A stretch of DNA of 64,000 bases from contig CAWBGA010000017.1 in assembly GCA_963788195.1 (NCBI GenBank), positions 512,001 through 576,000 of the forward strand, given 5' to 3'. This DNA comes from Nitrospirota bacterium (lineage in GTDB: Bacteria > Nitrospirota > Nitrospiria > Nitrospirales > NS-4). The first letter of the stretch is position 1. The number at the start of each line of letters is the position of its first letter. The notes beneath the pieces are model-generated. The model saw nothing but the letters and a program-made list of their open reading frames with translations, did not search any database and was not told where the DNA came from. Both the position numbers and the translations under genes were made by a program. Below, in pieces: positions 41,559 to 50,103 of the stretch.

Positions 41559-42400
41559 GCCAAGCTTCTCGCTCCGCTTGTCTTCAGGTAATACCGGACT
41601 GCCAAGAGCACGCCTCCCATCAATACGAACGACAGCGCCGACCCGAAGGGCCAGTCTCTTACAATCAGGTACTGCTGTTGGATAAGATTCCCGATCATCA
41701 GGGTCCTTGCCCCACCAAGCAGATCGGGAGTGACATACGCGCCGATGGTCGGTATGAAGACCAGCAGACATCCGGCCACAACACCCGGCTTCGCGAGCGG
41801 CAGAATCACCCGAGTGAACACCTGGCGGGAGCTCGCATAGAGGTCGCGCGCGGCTTCAATCATTGCGGGGTCCAGTCGCTCGAGAGCTGCATACAGCGGC
41901 AGGACCATAAAGGGCAGGTAGCCGTACACGAGCCCGATAATCACGGCGGTATCAGTGAACAGGAGGTTCAGGGGCTGCTCGATCATTCCAATCTCCAGCA
42001 AGATGGTATTGAGCAATCCCTCCGTCCGCAGTATGAACATCCACGCATAGGTACGCACCAGGAAATTCGTCCAGAAAGGAATGATAATCAGGAGGAGCAG
42101 GAGGGATTGCCATCTCTTCGGCGCCCGCGCGATCAGGTAGGCCAGGGGGAATCCAAGGAGAAGGCACACCACGGTCGTGAGGACGGCAATCCACAGTGAC
42201 CGCCAGAAGATGCGCAAGTAGAGGGGATCGAGAATACTGGTGTAGTTTGCAAGAGTGGCGGTCCATTCGATGCCTCCATAGGTCCCTCGCGAGGCGAAGC
42301 TAACCGCGAGCACCAGGATGAGCGGCACGACAAAAAAGAGAAAAAGGGACGCGGCAGGCGACAAGATCAGCCAAAAACGTTTCCGATCTACTACCCTCAC
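41555..42400 (-). CDS. potB: polyamine ABC transporter permease
   Basis: PFWTNFLVRTYAW, YGYLPFMVLPLY, EAARDL, DWPFGSA. Confidence 0.92.
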   Translation of the reverse strand: MRVVDRKRFWLILSPAASLFLFFVVPLILVLAVSFASRGTYGGIEWTATLANYTSILDPLYLRIFWRSLWIAVLTTVVCLLLGFPLAYLIARAPKRWQSLLLLLIIIPFWTNFLVRTYAWMFILRTEGLLNTILLEIGMIEQPLNLLFTDTAVIIGLVYGYLPFMVLPLYAALERLDPAMIEAARDLYASSRQVFTRVILPLAKPGVVAGCLLVFIPTIGAYVTPDLLGGARTLMIGNLIQQQYLIVRDWPFGSALSFVLMGGVLLAVRYYLKTSGARSLA

Positions 42401-43488
42401 TCCGGGAGCACAATTGCTTCGCCGGCATGCCATTTGACATAGAGGGATTCGCCGGCGTGGAAGCGTTTCGCAACGCCCCCAGCGCTTGGAACGCGAGCTT
42501 TCCAGGTCATATTATTGGGAAGGGTCAGCAGATACTGCATCTCGTTTCCTGAATAAATGGCCTTCGCGATGCGCGCGTGTAACTGGTTATGGAGCCGGCC
42601 TGAAGGATCGTAGTCACCACTAAGCTGCAAGAGTTCGGGGCGGATAGTCATCCGGACAGGGCGTCCGACAGTGAGACCCGGAAGCGATGGGGCGCGCACC
42701 GTGCCGATCCCGTCAACAGCAATCTGGATGGTCTCGGCCTGCACTTCCTGCACGCGCCCGATCAGAGTGTTTGAAATGCCGATGAAGTTTGCAACGAACG
42801 CCGACGTCGGTGCGCTATATACTTCCTCCGGGGTGCCAACCTGCAGCAGCCGCCCCTGATGAAGCACCGCGAGGCGATCCGACATTGTCAGAGCTTCCTC
42901 CTGGTCATGTGTGACGCAAATAAATGTGATGCCCACCCGTTCTTGGATCGCCTTGAGCTCGACCTCCATCTCTTGTCGCAACTGTTTATCGAGGGCGCCC
43001 AGGGGTTCATCGAGCAACAACACCGCCGGACGGTTCACCAGCGCACGCGCCAGCGCCACTCGCTGCTGCTCCCCTCCAGAGAGTTGGCTGGGAAACCGCT
43101 CGAGCTTGCCGCCCAGGCGCACCATCGCCAGAGCCTCGGCGACGCGCGGACCGATCTCGGCCGCCGGAATGTTTTTCATTTCCAATCCGAATGCCACGTT
43201 TCGCTCCACCGTCAAGTGGGGAAACAGTGCGTAATTCTGAAAGACCAGATTGACCGGTCGACGATTCGGGGGAACCCCGCGCATCGGAGCGCCCTCGATC
43301 AAGATGTCGCCGGCATCCGGCTGTTCAAAACCTGCCAGGAGCCGTAACGTCGTCGTTTTACCGGAACCACTGGGCCCCAGCAATGAGAAGAACTCACCGC
43401 GTCTGATGGAGACTGAAAGGCTGTCGAGAGCGACCGTCGCCCCGTGGCGTTTTGTGACCTCACGCAGTTCGACGCTATATTCAGTCAT
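42397..43488 (-). CDS. potA: polyamine ABC transporter ATP-binding protein
   Basis: GPSGSGKTT, FQNYALFPHL, LSGGEQQRVALARAL, DEPLGALD, VTHDQEEA. Confidence 0.93.
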   Translation of the reverse strand: MTEYSVELREVTKRHGATVALDSLSVSIRRGEFFSLLGPSGSGKTTTLRLLAGFEQPDAGDILIEGAPMRGVPPNRRPVNLVFQNYALFPHLTVERNVAFGLEMKNIPAAEIGPRVAEALAMVRLGGKLERFPSQLSGGEQQRVALARALVNRPAVLLLDEPLGALDKQLRQEMEVELKAIQERVGITFICVTHDQEEALTMSDRLAVLHQGRLLQVGTPEEVYSAPTSAFVANFIGISNTLIGRVQEVQAETIQIAVDGIGTVRAPSLPGLTVGRPVRMTIRPELLQLSGDYDPSGRLHNQLHARIAKAIYSGNEMQYLLTLPNNMTWKARVPSAGGVAKRFHAGESLYVKWHAGEAIVLPE

Positions 43489-43569
43489 ATCGAAATGAAA
43501 CCCGATCACAACTCTGCGTGAAGAATCGAAAAATTCTATGGGTGGTGAGCGGGGATGTCAATGAACATC

Positions 43570-43890
43570 GCACCCACCCGCCCTGGGATGCGCCGAGACG
43601 CATCTCTTTTCCCCTTGCACCCACCCAGCCCATTCCACCCGCCCTTCCCAGGACGTAATCGCACCCGCCCACCCCAGTCTGCCAAGACAGCCTCTTACTC
43701 TGCCCCGAGCGCGCCAAGCTCCTTTCCCGTGGCCCCGAGCTCGCCAAGACGAGCTCCTTTCCCGTAGCCTGGAATCATTCGACCCCTTGCAAATGAAGGC
43801 AAGGGGTGCCCCGGACAGATTCCTTTTCCCCATTGCACCCGCCCACCCTGGAGTTTGCCAAGACAAACTCCCTTGCCCCTGGCCCCCACC
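43570..43890 (+). repeat. largest cluster of family I hairpin repeats, with one family III module
   Basis: gatgcg-CCGAGA-cgcatc (~43587), ctg-CCAAGA-cag (~43679), gagctcg-CCAAGA-cgagctc (43737), ggaatc..accccttgc..gcaaggggt..gattcc (43771-43823), ggagtttg-CCAAGA-caaactcc (43850). Confidence 0.9.
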
Positions 43891-43899
43891 CTTTAGATT

Positions 43900-43929
43900 T
43901 TGCTAAAAATTCTCTGGTCTTGCTACAAT
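43900..43929 (+). promoter_or_regulatory. putative sigma70 promoter for glgC
   Basis: TTGCTA-18 nt-TACAAT with extended TG, 9 nt before the ATG. Confidence 0.6.
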
Positions 43930-43938
43930 GTCGCCCTA

Positions 43939-45156
43939 ATGAGGAATGTCCTTACCATGATTCTGGCCGGCGGGCGCGGTGAGCGGCTTCATCCGCTCAC
44001 TGACCAGCGGGCTAAACCGGCGGTGCCATTCGGCGGTAAATACCGGATCATCGATTTTACGCTCAGTAACTGCATTAACTCGGGATTGCGGAATGTCACC
44101 ATCCTCATCCAGTACAAGTCCCACTCGTTGGACCGCCATATCCGGCGAGCCTGGAACATTTTCAGCCCCGAGATGGGCGAGTACATCATCTCTTTACCCC
44201 CCCAGCAGCGGATCAGCCAGGACTGGTACAAGGGCACAGCCGATGCCGTATTTCAAAACTGGTTTATCGTCGAGGCAGAGAACCCCGAGTACCTATTGAT
44301 CCTTGGCGGCGACCATGTATACAAGATGAACTACAAGGACATGTATAGTTTTCTACAGCAAAAGCAGGCCGACGTAGTGGTCGGCGCCATTGAATATCCG
44401 CTGGCCGAGGCTTCAAACTTCGGCGTCATTGGCGTGAACAACGACTCGCAAATCACCGGATGGCAAGAAAAACCGAAAAAGCCCAGTCCCATACCCGGCG
44501 ACCCGAACCACGCGCTCTGCTCAATGGGCATCTATCTCTTCCGCACATCACGTCTGCATGAGCATCTGTTGGCTGACGCCCCGAGGGACAGTTCGCACGA
44601 CTTCGGCAAGGACATCATCCCCGGCATGATCCAGAAGTCCCGTGTCTTCGCGTACAATTTTCGTGACGAAAATCGCAAGGCGGTAAAGTACTGGCGTGAC
44701 GTCGGCACTCTGGACGCATACTGGGAAGCCAATATGGATCTAGTCTCCGTTGATCCGCTCTTCAATCTCTATGATCGTAACTGGCCGATCCGGACTGACC
44801 AAGGGCAATACCCTCCGGCCAAGTTTGTCTTCGCGGAGGAAGGACAGGGGGGGCGACTGGGCATCGCCCTCGACTCGATGATTACGGGCGGCTGTATCAT
44901 CAGCGGGGGCCGAGTGCAGAACTCGGTACTGTCCCCTCGAGTCCGGATCAACGAGTACGCGGAGGTCTCTGAATCCGTCGTCATGGAGAACGTGGTGATC
45001 GGCGACCGTTGCCGCATCCGGCGCGCCATCATCGATAAGGACGTGGTGATCCCGCCGAAGACTGATATCGGTTACGACCTGGAGTCGGATGCCAAACGAT
45101 TCACCGTTACGGAATCGGGTATCGTTGTCATCTCCAAAGGCATGAAACTTTCATGA
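43939..45156 (+). CDS. glgC: glucose-1-phosphate adenylyltransferase
   Basis: LAGGRGERL, RAKPAVPFGGKYRIIDF, WYKGTADAV, GDHVYKMNY, SMGIYLF, DFGKDIIP, YWRDVGT. Confidence 0.97.
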   Translation: MRNVLTMILAGGRGERLHPLTDQRAKPAVPFGGKYRIIDFTLSNCINSGLRNVTILIQYKSHSLDRHIRRAWNIFSPEMGEYIISLPPQQRISQDWYKGTADAVFQNWFIVEAENPEYLLILGGDHVYKMNYKDMYSFLQQKQADVVVGAIEYPLAEASNFGVIGVNNDSQITGWQEKPKKPSPIPGDPNHALCSMGIYLFRTSRLHEHLLADAPRDSSHDFGKDIIPGMIQKSRVFAYNFRDENRKAVKYWRDVGTLDAYWEANMDLVSVDPLFNLYDRNWPIRTDQGQYPPAKFVFAEEGQGGRLGIALDSMITGGCIISGGRVQNSVLSPRVRINEYAEVSESVVMENVVIGDRCRIRRAIIDKDVVIPPKTDIGYDLESDAKRFTVTESGIVVISKGMKLS

Positions 45157-45737
45157 CGCCGCAGCTGCCCGAACGGTACGGACGGTGCGAAGTGGCCCTC
45201 ATGGTGGTCCATCCGTTTCTTCTCTTCTCGTATTGGGAAGCATCTCCGGAGAGTTGCCGGCAGGCCTTCGATACCCTCGGCCCGGAGATGGATGGCGCGC
45301 GAGCAATGCTGCGCATGTACGACATCTCACTGATCAATTTCAATGGCAGAAACGCGCATCACGTCTTCGACATTGACGTCGGATTGGAGGCCCGCGGCTG
45401 GTACATCCCGCTCTGGACGGCCGAGAAGTCCTATTGCGCCGACTTGGGCTTTCTGGCCCGTACCGGGCGATTTCACACGATTGTTCGTTCGAACGTCATT
45501 CACACTCCCAGAGCCGCCCCGTCCTCCCGAACCGACGAGCAGTGGATGCGTGTCCCTTTCACCCGACGGCGTAAGCCTGACCCGCGGTCCCTCGAATACG
45601 TTCCGGCACCTCCATATGGCCGCCAATCACCCGCTGGGCACGGTCCGGTACCGGAACGGACCCGTGACGGGCTTGCGGAATCTTTGGGCGAATATCTCGC
45701 CGGCGGGGCGCCGACTTCTCGTCAAGGCAACCGGTGA
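45153..45737 (+). CDS. DUF4912 domain protein
   Basis: LPERYG..LMVVHP..SYWE, LRMYDIS, GWYI, YCADLG, RSNVIHTPRAAPS; position before GH57. Confidence 0.8.
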   Translation: MTPQLPERYGRCEVALMVVHPFLLFSYWEASPESCRQAFDTLGPEMDGARAMLRMYDISLINFNGRNAHHVFDIDVGLEARGWYIPLWTAEKSYCADLGFLARTGRFHTIVRSNVIHTPRAAPSSRTDEQWMRVPFTRRRKPDPRSLEYVPAPPYGRQSPAGHGPVPERTRDGLAESLGEYLAGGAPTSRQGNR

Positions 45738-47323
45738 CCCCTCAGCCTCTCGGTTATTTGTGCCTCGTGCTGCACTGTCATCTGCCCTACGTGCGTCATC
45801 CTGAGCACGAGAGTTTTCTCGAAGAGAACTGGCTGTACGAAGCGATCAGCGATACCTATATCCCCCTCCTCCGGATGATGGATGGCCTGCTCAGGGACGG
45901 CGTGGATTTCCGCCTGACGATGACCCTCTCTCCGCCGCTCATCTCGATGCTCCGTGATCCATTGTTGATTTCCCGCTTCGAGCGGCACCTGAACAAGCTC
46001 ATTGAATTGGCGGAGAAAGAAAGCCACCGCACGCGCTTTCAGCCCGAGTTCCAGCGGCTCGCCGAGATGTACATTCAGCGCTTTCAGCAGACCCGGCATG
46101 CTTTTATGCAGGAGTACCGCCACGATCTCGTCGGGGCCTTTGACCGGATACAAGAGCTCGGCAAGTTGGAGATCATCACGTGTGGGGCGACCCATGGATT
46201 TTTGCCGCTGCTCAACGTGGTCCCAAGTGCGGTGCGCGGCCAACTGCGCACGGCGGTCGACCATTATGAGGAAACCTTCAGGCGCCCGCCGCACGGCATC
46301 TGGCTGCCGGAATGCGGGTACTTTCCCGGGCTCGATGCGACGCTGCGCGATGTAGGCCTGCAGTTCTTCTTCACCGAAGCCCACGGACTGATGTACGCGG
46401 ACCCCCGACCCCGCTATGGTTTGCACGCGCCGGTCTTTTGCCCGACCGGCGTGGCGGCCTTTGCGCGGGATATGGAGTCCTCAAAACAGGTGTGGAGCGC
46501 CGACGAAGGATATCCCGGGGACCCGGCCTACCGGGACTATTACCGGGACGTCGGCTGGGATCTGGATTACGAGTATGTGCGCCCGTATGTCCAAGCAACC
46601 GGGCAGCGCATGAACACGGGGATCAAGTACTATCGCATCACCGGTAAGACCGATGAGAAGCAGCCGTATGACCGGGTCTGGGCCCTCGAACGGACGGCCG
46701 ATCATGCCGCGAACTTCATCTTCAATCGCGAGCGGCAAGCCGAATGGCTCGGTGGCTCTATGGACCGTCCGCCGGTCGTTGTGGCTCCTTATGACGCAGA
46801 ACTGTTCGGTCACTGGTGGTTCGAAGGACCGGAATTTCTGGATAATCTGTTTCGCAAGCTGCACGGCGGCAGCCACATCATTCAGGCAATCACCCCGGCC
46901 GAATACCTGGAACGGCATGATGTGAACCAGGTCTGCACGCCCTGCGGTTCCTCTTGGGGCGCCAATGGCTATCACGAGGTGTGGCTCAACGGCTCAAATG
47001 ATTGGATCTACAGGCATCTGCATGTGGCTTCACGCCGGATGGAAGAGCTGACAGGACGGTTTTCCGAGGCGGACGGGGCAGTCTTGCGGGGCCTCAAGCA
47101 GGCGGGCCGGGAGCTTCTGCTCGCGCAAAGCTCGGATTGGGCGTTCATCATGAAAACCGGCACCATGGTCGAGTACGCCGTCAAGCGCACGAAAGATCAC
47201 CTCCATCGCTTCACACGTCTGTACGAGCAGCTTCTTTCAGGGAATCTCGAACTCGAATGGCTCAAGGACATCGAAGACAAGGACAACATCTTCCCGAATT
47301 TGAATTACCGGAATTTCTCCTGA
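45734..47323 (+). CDS. GH57 1,4-alpha-glucan branching enzyme (DUF1957)
   Basis: VLHCHLPYV, WLYEAISDTYIPL, ATHGFLPL, GIWLPECGY, PYDAELFGHWWFEG, LLLAQSSDWAF. Confidence 0.93.
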   Translation: MTPQPLGYLCLVLHCHLPYVRHPEHESFLEENWLYEAISDTYIPLLRMMDGLLRDGVDFRLTMTLSPPLISMLRDPLLISRFERHLNKLIELAEKESHRTRFQPEFQRLAEMYIQRFQQTRHAFMQEYRHDLVGAFDRIQELGKLEIITCGATHGFLPLLNVVPSAVRGQLRTAVDHYEETFRRPPHGIWLPECGYFPGLDATLRDVGLQFFFTEAHGLMYADPRPRYGLHAPVFCPTGVAAFARDMESSKQVWSADEGYPGDPAYRDYYRDVGWDLDYEYVRPYVQATGQRMNTGIKYYRITGKTDEKQPYDRVWALERTADHAANFIFNRERQAEWLGGSMDRPPVVVAPYDAELFGHWWFEGPEFLDNLFRKLHGGSHIIQAITPAEYLERHDVNQVCTPCGSSWGANGYHEVWLNGSNDWIYRHLHVASRRMEELTGRFSEADGAVLRGLKQAGRELLLAQSSDWAFIMKTGTMVEYAVKRTKDHLHRFTRLYEQLLSGNLELEWLKDIEDKDNIFPNLNYRNFS

Positions 47324-47366
47324 GAGGGGTAGAGTTGGCAACAGCATTCGTTGAGAAACGATAACG

Positions 47367-48272
47367 ATGGCTATCGAGGTTTGGCCGGCCTTGCCTTTGG
47401 AGGCTTGGAAAGATACCTATGCGACGCTGCACATGTGGACACAAATCGTCGGCAAGATTCGGCTCACGCAAACCGCGCCGCTCAATCACTGGTGGAATGT
47501 CACGCTCTATGTCACCTCCCACGGACTCACAACATCCCCGATGCCCTATGGAGACCGTCTCTTTGAGATAGACTTCGATTTCATTGATCACAATCTACTG
47601 GTCAAAGCCAGTGACGGCTCCTCCAAAATTGTCCGTCTGCAGCCGCGTTCTGTGGCTGAATTTTATCGGGAGCTAATGGACGCCCTGCAATCGCTGGGGT
47701 ACCCCGTGACCATCTGGAGCAAGCCGGTTGAGGTGCCGGACCGAACTCCCTTTGAACAGGATCACACCCATGCAGCCTATGACCCCGAATACGCCCAGCG
47801 CGTCTCGCGCATTCTGCAACAAGCCAGCCGCGTGTTCGCAGAGTTTCGTTCCCGTTATATCGGCAAGGTCAGCCCCGTGCATTTCTTCTGGGGCGCCTTC
47901 GATCTGGCGGTCACGCGATTCTCCGGGCGCCCGGCGCCTCAACACCCCGGCGCGCCGAATGTCGCCCGATTTGTGGCAATTGAAGCGTACTCGCACGAAG
48001 TGAGCAGTTGTGGTTTTTGGCCGGGCGGCGGCCCGGTGGACCAGCCGGCCTTCTACGCCTATGCCTATCCGGAGCCTGAAGGCTTCAAGGAGTACCCTAT
48101 CCAGCCGGCTGAGGCGTTCTACCATACAGAGATGAAAGAGTTTTTGCTGCCCTACGACGTCGTGCGGACCGCGAAATCGCCGGATCAAGTGCTCCTCGCT
48201 TTTCTGCAAAGCACCTATGAAGCCGCAGCCACCCTGGGCAAGTGGAATCGGGCTTCACTGGAGCGTGCGTGA
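47367..48272 (+). CDS. conserved protein (DUF5996-like)
   Basis: TLHMWTQIVGKIRL, NHWW, SPVHFFWGAFDLAVTRFSGR, EAYSHEVSSCGFWPG, AFYAYAYPEP. Confidence 0.8.
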   Translation: MAIEVWPALPLEAWKDTYATLHMWTQIVGKIRLTQTAPLNHWWNVTLYVTSHGLTTSPMPYGDRLFEIDFDFIDHNLLVKASDGSSKIVRLQPRSVAEFYRELMDALQSLGYPVTIWSKPVEVPDRTPFEQDHTHAAYDPEYAQRVSRILQQASRVFAEFRSRYIGKVSPVHFFWGAFDLAVTRFSGRPAPQHPGAPNVARFVAIEAYSHEVSSCGFWPGGGPVDQPAFYAYAYPEPEGFKEYPIQPAEAFYHTEMKEFLLPYDVVRTAKSPDQVLLAFLQSTYEAAATLGKWNRASLERA

Positions 48273-48302
48273 AACATATTGCATCCACCCACCCTGGGAT
48301 AA

Positions 48303-48373
48303 GGGGACAGGCTACTTTTTCAGTTTTCATGCCGCAGCCCCAAAACCCTTCTCCGAAAAAGTTGCCTGTCCCC
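48303..48373. repeat. REP-like inverted repeat (GGGGACAGGC type)
   Basis: ggggacaggctactttttc (48303-48321) / gaaaaagttgcctgtcccc (48355-48373), 19-bp arms with one T-T mismatch; preceded by a family I leader fragment cacccaccctgg. Confidence 0.75.
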
Positions 48374-48465
48374 CTGTATGCCGGTACGAGTCGGCGCTGG
48401 CGGCATTCTAACGAACTCCTTATGGAATCCTCATCATAAGCCGCACTCTTCGGCATAATCCCGCT

Positions 48466-50085
48466 GTGATGGCAAATCTGCATCAACTTGAAATCGTCAT
48501 CCTGTTGCTATTGGCAGTGCTGATGCTCACGACCGTCGCCCGTAACGTCCTCATCCCCTACCCCATCCTGCTTGTCGTGGGAGGCCTTGTCTTGGGGATG
48601 CTGCCCGGCCTTCCGGTCATTCGTCTCGATCCGGATCTGGTATTTCTGGTCTTTCTTCCGCCGATTCTCTGGGCTGCGGCGTACTTTACCTCCTGGCGCG
48701 ATTTCCGAGCCAACTTGCGACCGATCACCCTCCTCGCCGTCGGACTCGTGCTTGCCACTACCGCCGCCGTCGCCCTGATCGCTCATACGTTGCTTCCCGG
48801 ATTAGGGTGGGCAGGAGCCATCGTGCTCGGGGCAATCGTATCTCCCCCTGACGCCGTTGCCGCGACGACGATTGCGCGGCGTCTTAATCTGCCGCATCGC
48901 GTCGTCACCATCCTGGAGGGCGAGAGTCTGGTGAACGATGCCACGGCGCTCGTGCTCTACCGTGCCGCCATCGCAGCCGCAGTGAGTGGAACGTTTGTCC
49001 TCAGTGAAACACTCGTCCAGTTCCTCTTTGCCGGAACCGTCGGTGTGGTCGTTGGCTTGGCCGTGGGAGCGGTCACGCGTTGGGCGCTCTGCTTGACGAA
49101 TGACACGTCCACGGATATCGGTGTCACTCTTCTTGCGCCCTATGTCGCCTGGGTGCTCGCGGAAGCCGTCCATGCCTCCGGCGTGCTCGCCTGCGTCGCG
49201 GGCGGACTCTACATTAGGCAGCACTTCAGCACCATTGCTCCCAACACTCGCCTCCAGGGGCGGGCAGTCTGGGGCTTTGTCGTGTTTCTGTTGAACGCAG
49301 TCCTGTTTATCCTGATCGGATTGCAGCTCGGCGGGCTCCGGGGCGCCATTCAATCGTATGGGCTGGGCACCCTCATCTGGCATGGCGCGATCGTCAGCGC
49401 CACCGCCATCGGGGTGCGCCTCGCCTGGGTGCCGGTCGCTGCGTACGTTCCGCGTCTGCTGAGCCCCGCTCTGCGGGCGCGGGATCCGCTCCCGCCTTGG
49501 TCAACTATCTTTCTGATCGGATGGACAGGTATGCGCGGCATCGTTTCGCTGGCCGCCGCCTTGGCGATCCCGTTCACAATAGCGTCGGGCCCGCCTTTTC
49601 CCTTCCGGGATGAAATCATTTTGCTGACGTTCGCGGTGATTCTGTCCACGCTGGTCTTGCAGGGTCTGACGCTTTCCCCGCTTATTCGCTGGCTCAACAT
49701 TGAAACCGATCAGACCCTGGTCCGCGAAGAGGCTCACGCTCGGGAGCAGGCAGCATCCGCGGCCTTGGGACGCCTCGACCAGCTTGCCACGGAATCATGG
49801 CCGGTGCCGGAACATGTGGAGCGGCTGCGCGTCAACTATGCCCAGCGGGCGAAACGATTTGCTTGTCCTGATGCGTCGGATCCCGACTGTTCGCCCGACG
49901 CCGCGGCGGCGTATCGGCGCCTGCGGCATGAAGCCCTGGCGGCAGAACGGCAGCGGGTGATCGCATTGCGAGATCAAGATGTAATCAGCGATGAAGTTCT
50001 CCACCGCCTTGAGCATGAGATGGATGTCGAGGCACTCCGAATGGGCGTTGGCGAGATCCGCGCGGGTGCCAAAGGGGGGCAATGA
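48466..50085 (+). CDS. Na+/H+ antiporter, CPA1 family
   Basis: FLPPIL, GAIVSPPDAVA, ILEGESLVNDA, SGVLACV, GMRGIVSLAAAL, LQGLTL. Confidence 0.93.
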   Translation: MMANLHQLEIVILLLLAVLMLTTVARNVLIPYPILLVVGGLVLGMLPGLPVIRLDPDLVFLVFLPPILWAAAYFTSWRDFRANLRPITLLAVGLVLATTAAVALIAHTLLPGLGWAGAIVLGAIVSPPDAVAATTIARRLNLPHRVVTILEGESLVNDATALVLYRAAIAAAVSGTFVLSETLVQFLFAGTVGVVVGLAVGAVTRWALCLTNDTSTDIGVTLLAPYVAWVLAEAVHASGVLACVAGGLYIRQHFSTIAPNTRLQGRAVWGFVVFLLNAVLFILIGLQLGGLRGAIQSYGLGTLIWHGAIVSATAIGVRLAWVPVAAYVPRLLSPALRARDPLPPWSTIFLIGWTGMRGIVSLAAALAIPFTIASGPPFPFRDEIILLTFAVILSTLVLQGLTLSPLIRWLNIETDQTLVREEAHAREQAASAALGRLDQLATESWPVPEHVERLRVNYAQRAKRFACPDASDPDCSPDAAAAYRRLRHEALAAERQRVIALRDQDVISDEVLHRLEHEMDVEALRMGVGEIRAGAKGGQ

Positions 50086-50103
50086 CGGAACAGGTCACTC
50101 CCA

